Part shown: positions 33,402 through 49,923 of the stretch, piece after piece
Layout: every line of letters begins with the position of its first letter
Numbering within the stretch: the first letter of the stretch is position 1
Program-made: the position numbers and the translations under genes
Assembly: GCA_033442325.1 (NCBI GenBank)
Contig: JAWQFM010000016.1
Coordinates: forward strand, 973,679-1,037,678
Source of the DNA: Salpingoeca rosetta
Lineage: Eukaryota; Protista; Choanoflagellata
Reading direction: 5' to 3'
Length of the DNA stretch: 64,000 nucleotides
Notes under the pieces: model-generated
What the model saw: the letters and a program-made list of their open reading frames with translations, nothing else
The model's database searches: none
Told to the model about the DNA's origin: nothing

Positions 33402-34763
33402 TTATTCGATAACCTCCCAACCAAAGTCCGGAGGCAGCATGCCGCGGCCATGGTCGATGAAGAACGTGGAATGCAGCAGCGTGCGTCCGCCGTGCGGCTG
33501 GTTCACGTCCAAGTAGGCGCCCCAGAAGCTGAGGGTGGACGACGTGAGAACGTGGTGCTGGCAACGTGCCATCATCGCCACGCTGTGCACGACATCTTCC
33601 TCAACCACAACAAACTGCAAACCTCCCGGTACGGACCTGGCAAACTCATCCATCATCGCCTGCGCCTTGACGTTGTTGTCCGAGAAAACCAGATACAGCG
33701 TGCGGTCAGCGTCAAACTCGCGCGTGAACACACGCTCATAGAACGACGTTGGTGGCAGACGCCGACCCTCCAGGAGTTTCTTCGCCGGCTCCTGCGCATA
33801 TCCAAGCCGCAGATGCAGCGACACGGTCTGTAATGCGCCTTTTCCGCCGGTGTAGGCGTTGGGGCGTGCTGGGGCACGAGTTTGGTCCGACCGCGTGATG
33901 GTCCCTGCATCTGGCGTGCCTGCAAGCAAGTCGCCGTACTTGAGGCTGACGTACTCCTCCACGCCGGGGTTGAAGCGAAGAACGCGCAGCACGTGCTCAC
34001 GCGAAGGGTGCCAGTACGCATGGTTGAAGAAGTACCCGTGGATGTATGCTGGCAGCAGCTTTGGGTTCGGCAGCGGTGCGTACTCGTCCGGGACCTCAAT
34101 CTTGAAGGCGTACCTGTTGAACACGCGCACAGGCGGCACAGCAACCTCAACACTGCACCACTGCAGCGCAGGGAACGTGTGCTTCAAGGTGACGCCAGTT
34201 GCGGGCGGCGTGTGGCCACCCCAGGGCTCAAACGTGTGGAAGGCGCGGTTCCAGTGCTGAAAGTACCCAACGACGACAGGAACGTTGTGCTTGCGACCAT
34301 ACGCGTGCAGCGCGGCCAACTGGAACAGGATGTTGCCCAGCCCACCGTACAGGATGGGCGCCACGTACGTGCCGATAGCGTCGACATCTTCCTCTCGCGA
34401 AATGGTCGGTGGGCCCCACGACGATGGCAGCTGGCGCCACGTGTCCTTCTCCAACACCAACCCGCTCTGGCGGCAAAAGGAGCCGCAAGCGGGCACGCTT
34501 CGTGGCTCCGGAAAGTTGTCAAATTGAGCCAGCCCGGCCGCTTGAGCACGTCGAGCTGATGAAGTTTCAAGGTTGTCCTCCTTGCTGCGGCGATTGTGAA
34601 GAAAAGAAGAGCTGTTGCGCGCAGCTATCGCTGCCCCATCGTGTGGCAGGTCGACTGGTGCACTCCTTACCGTGCCTGCAGGCATCAACGACACCGCCAG
34701 CACCAGCAACGCGACAGCGCACTGCGCGGAGAGCAAGCGAAAGCAGAAGAACGGGAGCAGCAT
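33402..34763 (-). CDS. Glycosyltransferase family 11 (alpha-1,2-fucosyltransferase-like), ~453 aa, signal peptide, intronless
   Basis: GT11 motifs GGLGNILFQLAAL, IHGYF, SLHLRLG, LVFSDN and MARCQHHVLTSSTLSFWGAYL. Hydrophobic N-terminus MLLPFFCFRLLSAQCAVALLVLAVSL. Confidence 0.82.
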   Translation of the reverse strand: MLLPFFCFRLLSAQCAVALLVLAVSLMPAGTVRSAPVDLPHDGAAIAARNSSSFLHNRRSKEDNLETSSARRAQAAGLAQFDNFPEPRSVPACGSFCRQSGLVLEKDTWRQLPSSWGPPTISREEDVDAIGTYVAPILYGGLGNILFQLAALHAYGRKHNVPVVVGYFQHWNRAFHTFEPWGGHTPPATGVTLKHTFPALQWCSVEVAVPPVRVFNRYAFKIEVPDEYAPLPNPKLLPAYIHGYFFNHAYWHPSREHVLRVLRFNPGVEEYVSLKYGDLLAGTPDAGTITRSDQTRAPARPNAYTGGKGALQTVSLHLRLGYAQEPAKKLLEGRRLPPTSFYERVFTREFDADRTLYLVFSDNNVKAQAMMDEFARSVPGGLQFVVVEEDVVHSVAMMARCQHHVLTSSTLSFWGAYLDVNQPHGGRTLLHSTFFIDHGRGMLPPDFGWEVIE

Positions 34764-34848
34764 TGTCGTTTGTGGTGGTGGTGGAAACGGAAAGCGATCT
34801 TGAATGGCCCAGATCAAGGCCGCCCTGGCATATTTCAAGGACGATAGG

Positions 34849-34971
<123 letters not shown>

Positions 34972-35296
34972 TGTGTGTGTGTCATTCTCCCTGCCTCTTG
35001 CCTCCCTGTCTCTGTGCCTCTCTCTGTCTCAATCGGTGTGCATTCTGTTTAACATTGAAACAAGAGCGGAGGAACAGGGGACATCGGGACATTGTGGCAT
35101 GGAAGTTGGCCAGCACGCGCAGAGAGCACAAGCACAAGAAGGAATGCAAGAAATAAAGAAAGGGACACATCACACACACACACACGTTCACACACACACA
35201 CACACACACACATCCACACACATCCACACACTCACGCACACACGCACGCACGCACGCACACACACACGCATACACTTACAATCCCACACCGAGAGT

Positions 35297-36424
35297 TCAA
35301 GTGCACTTGCGGTGGACAATCGACGGCCCTACTTCGTCATACTCGGCCTTGGTGATCCACATCTGCTGGAAGGTGGAGAGGGAGGCGAGGATGGAGCCGC
35401 CAATCCAGACAGAGTACTTGCGCTCGGGACGAGCAACGACCTTGACGTCCATGGTGGATGGGGCGAGGGCGGTGATCTCTTTGTGCATGCGGTCAACAAA
35501 CCCCGGCATCATGGTGGTGCCGCCAGAGAGCACAATGTTGGCGGCAAGAGCTCTCCGATTGTGGATATCGCACTGCATGATGGAGTTGTCGGTGAGTTCG
35601 TGGATGCCAGGGGTGTATCGACCAAGGCTGGAAGGCTGGAAGAGGGCCTCGGGGCAGCGGAAGCGCTCGCTGCCAATGGTGATGACCTGGCCATCGGGGA
35701 GCTCGTAGCTCTTCTCCAGGCTGGAGGAGGAGGCGGCGGTGGCCATCTCCTGCTCAAAGTCGAGGGCGACGTAGGAGAGCTTCTCCTTGATGTCACGCAC
35801 AATCTCGTGCTCGGCGGTGGTGGTGAAGGAGTAACCGCGCTCGGTGAGGAGCTTGATCATGTAGTCGGTGAGATCGCGGCCGGCAAGGTCGAGGCGCTGA
35901 ATGGTATGGGGGAAAAAGCAACCCTCATACACAGGCACAATCTGCGTCACGCCATCACCACATTCCACGACCACGCCAGTGGTGCGCCCGGAAGTGTACA
36001 CCGACAGCACCGGAGTAGTGGCCACGTACATAGCAGGTGCTTTGAACGTCTCAAACATGATCTGGGTCATCTTCTCGCGGTTGGCTCGAGGGTTGAGCGG
36101 AGGCTCAGTCAGCACGACCGGCTGCTTCTCAGGATCCACCTTGAGTTCGTTGTGGAAGGTGTGGTGCCAGATCTTCTCCATGTCGTCCCAGTTGGTCACA
36201 ACGGCGTGCTCAATGGGATACTTGAGTGCGAGGATACTACGGTTGCTCTGGGCCTTGTCGCCGACGTAGGAGTCCTTCTGGCCCATGCCGACCATCACGC
36301 CCTGGTGGCGGGGACGGCCAACAATGGAGGGGAAGACGATGCGCGGTGCATCCTCACCAGCAACGCCGACTTTGCACCCAAAGGAACCATTGTCGATCAC
36401 CACAGCAGCAACGTCGTCGCTCAT
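35297..36424 (-). CDS. Divergent actin paralog C, 375 aa, intronless
   Basis: Full-length actin with a canonical D-loop ([14 protein letters not shown]) but altered nucleotide-site residues. Confidence 0.95.
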   Translation of the reverse strand: MSDDVAAVVIDNGSFGCKVGVAGEDAPRIVFPSIVGRPRHQGVMVGMGQKDSYVGDKAQSNRSILALKYPIEHAVVTNWDDMEKIWHHTFHNELKVDPEKQPVVLTEPPLNPRANREKMTQIMFETFKAPAMYVATTPVLSVYTSGRTTGVVVECGDGVTQIVPVYEGCFFPHTIQRLDLAGRDLTDYMIKLLTERGYSFTTTAEHEIVRDIKEKLSYVALDFEQEMATAASSSSLEKSYELPDGQVITIGSERFRCPEALFQPSSLGRYTPGIHELTDNSIMQCDIHNRRALAANIVLSGGTTMMPGFVDRMHKEITALAPSTMDVKVVARPERKYSVWIGGSILASLSTFQQMWITKAEYDEVGPSIVHRKCT

Positions 36425-37062
36425 GGTTGCAGTTGCAGCAACAATCTTCTTGCTTCTTGGGATGTTGAGAAGCTTGCCTTTCGGCTCCTGCCTTCGTAAT
36501 CGCTTGGTTTGGTTGGTGATGGAAATGAGGAAGACCCTGTCAGCGATCTCCTTTCACCATCCCTTGTTTGTTTGTGTGTGTCACACGCATGACTGTGTAA
36601 CAAAACACCTGTTCCTCCAGAACACGCCAACACCAGTAACACGGCGTGGCTTTCCTGATGACTACGCCTGCGCGTGCATCGTGTGATGTGACTGTGCTGT
36701 TTGTGGCATAGATCATTGTACTGGCCTATTTAAAGGACAATTTGGTATGTGTGTGTGTGCATGCATGCATTCTCACTGCCTCTTGCCTCCCCCCCTCTCT
36801 CTCTCTTTGTCTTTTTTCTCCAGGTACCAATGGCTTGAGAACAGCGTGTGTTTGAATGAATGTGCCACAGCACATTGTGCAATGCAGGAAAGTAATTGTA
36901 ACATAACAGTTGCGCACACATTCATCACAACGCAACGCCGGTCTTCACATGTACGCCTCGTGACTGCACAAACCCAACAGGCAGCAGAGCCAACACATGA
37001 TGACACTGGATGAGCGACAACGACAGCATACACACAAAACACACATCACAAGCTGCAGTGTT

Positions 37063-38136
37063 TTACTTGGAAGAGTCGTCTTGCTGTGCACCATTTGCTC
37101 CTTCATCGCCATCATCAGAATCGCCAACAGCAAAGTGGTCAGCACCGGCAACATCCTCCTTGCTTGCTGCTTCCCCAGCACGCGTCTCCTCCTGCTCTTG
37201 CTGCTGCTGCTCTTGTTGCTGGCCTGCTGGTTCATGCACGCCAGGTGTGGCAGCATTGGCGCTCTCATCCAGCGACAGCGGCTCAAGAACAGTGTCAATA
37301 TCCGCAGCGCGGCACAACTCTGCAGAGTTGTCGCCAATTGTGCCCATCGTCTGCACAGCAAAAGGGAAGGAGTTGTATGTGTGTGTGAGAGTGAAGGACA
37401 ACAGCAGGATGGAGAGAGGGGGACAAAAACCGAGACAGAGACAGAGAGCCACAGAGATAAGACACACACACACACGCACACGCAGACACACATGCGCACA
37501 CACGCACACGCACACACACAAAGTATACACACACAGACACACACAGACACACACAGACACACACAGACACACAGAACTTTGTGTTGTATTCAAGCTCACG
37601 AGCGTACACAAGTCACGTCAAGCCACGTGTTGCATGTAACTGTTGCTGACAATACCTGTGCTGCCTCTGCCATGGTGGGCGCCATCTTGGAGTAGTGATT
37701 GGAGAGAGCAAGCACAATGCGGGACAGCTGCGTTGCCATGTCGCGGGCTGCTCAGCACAACAACGAACAGCAGGATGTGACGTTGGAAACCACACAAAAC
37801 CACAGCACGCGCGCCACAAACACAACCCCACACATGTGAGTATGCGCACGCGTTGACCCGCAAACACGTGCATACACACACACGCACACGCGCGCACATA
37901 CATACATGCACACACACATACACACGCGCGCACACACATACATACACACCGTTCTCGACGACAAGGAGGCGCATCTTGTGTTCCATCTGGTCGCGGAGAT
38001 GGCTGTGGCGGGCGTCGAGTCGCCCCCGCTCCCGCAGAATGTGGCGGTAGAGGTAGTTGCCCGTCTGCACCTCAGGCACCGCCGTGCCACGGTGCTGCCA
38101 TCGTCATGGTGCATTGTGTATGCGTATGCGCGTGTG

Positions 38137-38173
<37 letters not shown>

Positions 38174-38571
38174 GTATGCGTGTGTGTGTGTGTGTGTGTG
38201 TGTGAGCGTGTGTGCATGTGTGTGCGTGCGTGCGCGTGTGTGTGTGTGTGTGAGCGAGTGCGATGGCGGTGTGATTAGAGGTCTGGATGTTGTTTGTGCA
38301 TGTGTTGCGCTTCTATCGAAAAGAGTCACATACAAACACACTCACGCGCGCGCAAGTGAGAGACGGAATCACTGTCATCAGCACGACCATCAATGCTTCG
38401 CTTGCAGGTGCACATACCGCTGCTTCCTCCTGCTCCTTTGCCATCTCAAACGCGCGCATGCTCACAGCCTGGCGGTCGCAGGAACGTGCGAAACAACGTG
38501 AATGGCAGTCGTAACATTAGCGTCATATTGCACTTGCTCCCAACGGACACACACACACACACACACACACG

Positions 38572-38624
<53 letters not shown>

Positions 38625-40124
38625 TCATACCAGGAAGTCGTCTTGGCACTGCTTGAAGGCAAGGAGGGATTTCTTTGCGTCAGTGAGCACGCTGTGCAGA
38701 AACGTCTTGAGATGGTCGCACACGTACTGCACCTGTCACACGAGAGTGTGCGCGAGAGTGTGAGCGAAGCCAGCTTCCTTTCTTTCTTTCTTTGTTCGCA
38801 TCGCCGACAGAAGAATACGTCGACAGATGCAGCAGATGCAACAGCGAAAGAGTAGCTTACCATATCCACCGTTGTCTGACACGACTCTGCGTCGGCCCTG
38901 TGACCGAATGTGTGCGTGTATGTATGCGTGAGTGTATGTATGTGTGTATGTGTGAGTGTGTGAGTGTGTATGAGTGTGTGCGTGCGTGTTCATGAAGCGT
39001 GCACACGCATGCTCATGCGCTGCAACACATCCACTCCCATGCCCGGCTCCTTCCAATCCCAGCGCCCGCACTACACATAACGTACAGTAGACATGACGCG
39101 AGCAGCTCCTTCTTGTGTCTGAGTGCGTCGTGGTGCTCGTTGTGCGTGGTCTCCCGCAGCCCGCTGCCCAAGTTGTGCGCCGCCACCGCAAACGCCTGCA
39201 TCTTCGCCACGTATGCGCTCGCATGCTTGATCAGACCTGGCAGCATTGCAGGGGTGTGCGTGTTTGTGAACGTGAATGGGTGTATTCATGTGCATTGCGA
39301 GAGAGATTGCGCGCGTTCGTGTGCATGTCTCTGAGTGCTGCTCTGCACAGCAAACTGGGCAGCAGCTGAGGTGTTGGTGCAAATGGATATGACAACGATT
39401 ACACAAACAGCAAGGCCCCACTCACCGTCATAGAAGCTCGTTGCTTGCTCCACGGATTCCACCTTGGCCTCGTACGCTTGTGCTGGTGGTGAACCGAAGC
39501 AACAGAAGCGAATGTCAAAGCGACAAAGGCGAACGCAGGAGCAACAACATCACGGTGTTGATCAGAGCAGCGCTTCATCAGCATGCAATGCGTTTGATTG
39601 GGTAGGGGTAGGGGATGCGCCAGTCGCATCTGCACACGCAGTTACATCGTGTTCATTTACATTCAAAACATGCGCGCGCGTGTGCATGTGCACGTTCACA
39701 AACACACGGACGGGTGACTCACTTTCCACGCTGTGCATGGAGGCGAACTCCACCTTGAACTTTGCGCGGAGTTGCGGGGACAGCTGGCAGCACAAATACA
39801 GCAGAGAGTGGCAGCGTCAGTTGTGGGAACTGCACGACCACAATTCACACTGCAGAAAATCAGAGGACACACACGCATGCATACAGAGGACAGAGGGGAC
39901 ACGAGGCGAGGAGCACCGGCATTTGGCATCAGAGCCACTGTGGACCACGACCCCTGACTGACTGACCTTGCTTGCCATTGACTGCTTCAGTTTGGACCAC
40001 ACTATCGACAGTCAACAACATGACACGTGAGCTCTTCTTGACGAACTCACACGCACGCACACACACGCACGCACGCACACACTATCACACACACACTATC
40101 ACACGCACGCATGCACGCACACTA

Positions 40125-40175
<51 letters not shown>

Positions 40176-41397
40176 AACCCCAAGTGCACTCTGTGCCATA
40201 CTCATTTTGAGGTGAAAGCGAGACTTGGACGCCGTGTCCGCCAGCGTTTCCGGCAGCTTTCGGTACGTCACGGCCACGGGTTTCTGGGGGTGCATGGCAC
40301 ACAAATAGGCGTGCAACGTGGGTTGGTTGTGTGGAGGAGCCAGAGCATGTTCGGCAAAGGTGTTGCTTGCAGCCTGGTGCCAAGACAACACGGACAAACA
40401 CGGACACACACACACACACACACACGTACACACACCCCACGTACACACACGCACCATGTGCACAGGTTCACCTTACCCCGTTGTTGGAGCACAGCATCTG
40501 CTGTACTTCGTCGCTTGTCTTGCCTGGACACAGTCAATCACCCATATGAGCAAGCACACCGAAGAGGGCGTTTACCGTTGAAACAACAAAACAACAACCT
40601 TCGCACACACACACACACTCACACACACAACACGTCACATAGGTGCAAAAGCACCGGAACAAGGACGAACAACACGTAACAGGTGTTCTCGGCCACTGGG
40701 CTTACCGATGGTGACTTGATCGTCGATCATGGTGATTTCATCGCCAAGCTCCAGCGGTGGCTGCTCGTTGTCCCGCTCAATCACGGCGAGCAAGTTCTCC
40801 ACATAGACACACGGGCAGCGGGCTAGCACACGAAGCAGGAACGAAGGCATATTAGGTCTCGCACACCTTGAACCTGGCTGAACCAGCACATGCACACGCA
40901 CACGCAAGCACATGCACAAAAGAGCACACGCAAGCACATGCACACGCAAGCACATGCACACAAGAGCACAAGCACATGCACACACACGCAAGCACATGCG
41001 TACGTACGCGCTCCACCGCCAACGACGATGACACTCGGCGCGTCGAATATGGCCGTAATCACAGGCGAATGTGCAGCCAACTTCATAGACAGCAGAGGCG
41101 TGCCCCATTCACAACCAAGCACAGGCATTTCAGTGAGTGCAACCATTACGCTCACAAACAAGGAAAAACGAACCCGAACATCTCGCGCGCACACACAAGT
41201 CCAGCAACTGCTCTGCGCGAAGCATAGTCGCCAACCTCTCCGTTTGGGCCATGAAGTTGCAAGTCTGGTGGCAGGGAAGCGGCCCCGCCACGTCGCGGCG
41301 CGGTGGATGACGATGCACCAGACGCCGAGGCGGTCGCTGGCGCTTGTCGTGCTGCGTGAGCGCTGCTGCTGCTGTTGCTCTTGTTGTCATCAGCCAT
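37063..41397 (-). CDS. PICK1: PICK1-like PDZ + BAR/arfaptin-homology protein, multi-exon, divergent
   Basis: Splicing 41080-41008 to 40822-40706 and onward gives VIVVGGGAPRCPCVYV...LGDEITMID...GKTSDEVQQML...VTYRKL, matching PICK1 GGGAQYCPCLYI...AGDEITGVN...GKTKVEVAKMI...IHYNKL. BAR segments DHLKTFLHSVLTDAK, TGNYLYRHILRER...LRDQMEHKMRLL and QLSRIVLALSNHY match PICK1 as recalled. The C-tail is acidic. Confidence 0.82.
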
Positions 41398-41487
41398 CGT
41401 CGCGGTGTGGTTGTGGAAGATTTGTGAACATCTTTCAACAACAATCGGTGGGAGGACAGCAAATGTGTGTTGTGTGTGTGTGTGTGT

Positions 41488-41521
<34 letters not shown>

Positions 41522-42062
41522 CTGTGTCTGTGTGTCTCTTCTTAGTCTCTTTGTCCTCAAGCGCTCTTCACTCTCTCGCTTTCTCCCTTGCTCAGCAGCA
41601 CAAGCAGCCTTCTTCAGTTGCCCGCACGTGTGCTTGAATCTCTTACAATGACTGTATCCTTTGTTGGCTGTGTTGGTGTAATTGATCACTATTTTCACCA
41701 ACTCAATGGTTGTGTACAAGTGTCTAAGTGTACGACAACGTAAATACGTACAGATGTCATCAGGTCAAGGAGGGAAGGTCTTCATAGAATAGTACTGTCC
41801 AAGTTAAGGAGAACGAGGGGACAGGCCAGTGCTAGAGTGCTAGAGCGAGTGCCCTCCTCTAGTCCTCTCAGCCACTTGAGCAAAGCTGATTCAAGTAATC
41901 GACAATCGACAATTACAAAGAAGAAGGTCAAAACAAACTCTACAGAACTCTACAAGCAGTGAATCCTGTGGATCAGTAACAGCAAGGCAACACTCGAACC
42001 ATCTAACAGTTACGCCCACACACGCACACCTTCACTCTCATGCACACAACCCATCGACGTCA

Positions 42063-43733
42063 TCACCGCTTTTGCTGCTGCTGTTGGTGTGAGTGGGCTG
42101 CTGCTGGCCCGTGTCGTCCTTCGTCTATCAGCTCAACGGCGGAGGTCAGTAGCGCTGCGGCCGTCTTGGCAAGGGCGCGTGCACCGATTGAATCCGAAGC
42201 CGCCAGAGTTGCGGTATCCGAGGGCGAAGGGAGGGACTGCAGGAGTACTTGAGAGAACTGGCATGCAGCGCCAACAACGGCGGCGTCCATGGCGTGGTGC
42301 TGTAGCGCCTCAGCCAAGGCTTCGAGGATGCCCAGGTCCACAACCTCGCGCACAAGCGCGTCGCCCTCATCGCTCCGCAGGATGAGCTTGGTCAGAACCT
42401 TGCAAGCTGCTCGCTGGATGCAGGGTACGCGCGTGTGGGTGTGCATGGCGGTGGCGATGGCGGAAACAGCGCCAGCACGCACCAAGGGCTCGTGTTGCAT
42501 GTCAGGGTCCCGAGTAAGCCGTCGCAGAATCCTGCAGCCGTATGCTTGGATGGCATCGTCTCCTTGATGGTGCCACATTGCCGTGAGCACGGGTTCAGGG
42601 ATGCGTTCCCGCAGCAGACAGCGCATGCTGTGCTCGTCCTCCCCGGCGTCCAGCTGCTCTTCTCGTGGGTGCTGCTGCTTGCGTGTGCTAAAGAGAAACG
42701 ACATCACACGGTCCAGGATGCGACAGCCTAGTCGCTGCAACTCGCATACGCGCGGGTGGGCACGCATGACGCCAAGGACGGTGTTCACAGCAAGTTGATC
42801 CCGTGCAAGGCAGCACACAATGCTGGTGGGACTCTCGATGCTGCAGGCAACAAGGGCGGCGAGCGCGGCCGTCGCTCCTTCAGGACAGGACATGTGCTCC
42901 TGTGCATCACTCGTGAGGCGGCGAACGCACGCCCGCGAGTCATCACGCCCCTCGTCCGTGCGGGTTTTTGCAGCGTGCTTGTCGTCGGCGCCGTTGCCAT
43001 CGTCGCTCGTGCCCACGCTGCTGGTCTCAGCTTCTTCGTACAGCGTCGGCAGCGTCGGGGCTACTGTGCAATGTTTCGGGACGACAGATGGTGTTGGTGC
43101 TGCTGGTCGCAGTTGTGTTGGTGCTGCTGGCTGTGGTTGTGTTGGTGCTGCTGGCCGCAGTTGTGTTGGTGCTGCTGGTCGCAGTTGTGTTGGTGCTGCT
43201 GGCTGTGGTTGTGTTGGTGCTGAAGGAGCTGGGTTGCTGCCACAGCTGGTTACTCTTGCCATCGCCGCCTCGATGGTGTGCAGGACCTGTTGTGGTGGCG
43301 TCGTCCTGGCCTCTGACGAGGAGGATGGTAACGTGTGTGCTAGCCAGGCGCACGAATGCAAGCGGGACGTCGAGAGGATGCGCTGGCTGGCCCAGTACTT
43401 GAAGCGGTGGCACATGTGCACAAGCACGATCGGCGTGTTGGCTTGCAAAATGTAACGCAGCTCGTCGTGACTGCTGAACATGTCGCAGGTGCGCTTGCCG
43501 AAGAGCTTTGACCCGAGCAGCACAATCACATCCGCAGCCTTGATATTGGCGCATGCCTCCGCCACTGCGTCAGGGTCGTCTCGGCGCACAGGGGTGGTAA
43601 ACACGACACTGTTGTAGCGATCATTCAGGTCATGTTGCAGGGCACGGGCCTCGATTCCCGTCTCCACTTCATTGTGTGCAATGTAGATGGTGTGTTGAAA
43701 CGAGCTGCTGGGGTTGGTAGGCGCTGGTGTCAT
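42063..43733 (-). CDS. TIR-like domain + Pro/Thr-rich linker + armadillo-type repeat protein, 556 aa, intronless
   Basis: N-terminal TIR pattern IYIAH...ARALQHDL...VF...IKAADVIVLLGSKLFG...SHDELRYIL...PIVLVHM. C-terminal repeats VLGVMRAHPRVCELQRLGC, VLTAMWHHQGDDAIQAYGC, IATAMHTHTRVPCIQRAAC and LAEALQHHAMDAAVVGAAC. Confidence 0.72.
   Translation of the reverse strand: MTPAPTNPSSSFQHTIYIAHNEVETGIEARALQHDLNDRYNSVVFTTPVRRDDPDAVAEACANIKAADVIVLLGSKLFGKRTCDMFSSHDELRYILQANTPIVLVHMCHRFKYWASQRILSTSRLHSCAWLAHTLPSSSSEARTTPPQQVLHTIEAAMARVTSCGSNPAPSAPTQPQPAAPTQLRPAAPTQLRPAAPTQPQPAAPTQLRPAAPTPSVVPKHCTVAPTLPTLYEEAETSSVGTSDDGNGADDKHAAKTRTDEGRDDSRACVRRLTSDAQEHMSCPEGATAALAALVACSIESPTSIVCCLARDQLAVNTVLGVMRAHPRVCELQRLGCRILDRVMSFLFSTRKQQHPREEQLDAGEDEHSMRCLLRERIPEPVLTAMWHHQGDDAIQAYGCRILRRLTRDPDMQHEPLVRAGAVSAIATAMHTHTRVPCIQRAACKVLTKLILRSDEGDALVREVVDLGILEALAEALQHHAMDAAVVGAACQFSQVLLQSLPSPSDTATLAASDSIGARALAKTAAALLTSAVELIDEGRHGPAAAHSHQQQQQKR
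43091..43222. repeat. Coding 24-bp minisatellite, ~5.5 units encoding PAAPTQ(LR/PQ)
   Basis: Visible tandem repeat in the TIR-ARM linker. Confidence 0.92.
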
Positions 43734-44286
43734 GGTCGCGGTCGCTGCTGCTGTGTTTGTGGGTGGTCAGGAGAGCAAGCACTAAAAATGGCGCAGCACA
43801 AACGCTCAGGGTCGCGTGTCGTTGCGAGCGTAGCGTGTCTTTGTTTTGTTGTGTCGAGCTGTTGGCCGCTCAGCACTTTGGGACCTTGAAGGTGTGCATG
43901 CAGCTGGGCGAGTCGCTTGTTTTGCGCTTTGCATCTTCGTTCCTTCGTTCGCAGTCAGCACGTCGTCCTTCAAACAGGGCGTGCGCGACACAAAGCAGAC
44001 CATGCAGAAGACGAAGAACATTCTCGGCTACGATTGTTCTTTGTCTGGCATGACGTGTTTCAAATCCTCTTCGTGACGTCATCGTAGCGCTTCGTGTGCG
44101 TTTAAATGGGGCGGGTGATTGGTTGTTTTCCTTTTTGTGACAAAGGCAATCATCTGCCCACAACGGCATCAAATTGAAGAATTCGAGGGTCTACTATTGG
44201 GGGCAACGAGCGTCAAGCTGACAAGAGCATGCGTGAACAACAAGGCAATATCGCGACCGAAGCACACACTGCTTTCATCATTGTTG

Positions 44287-49923
<5,637 letters not shown>

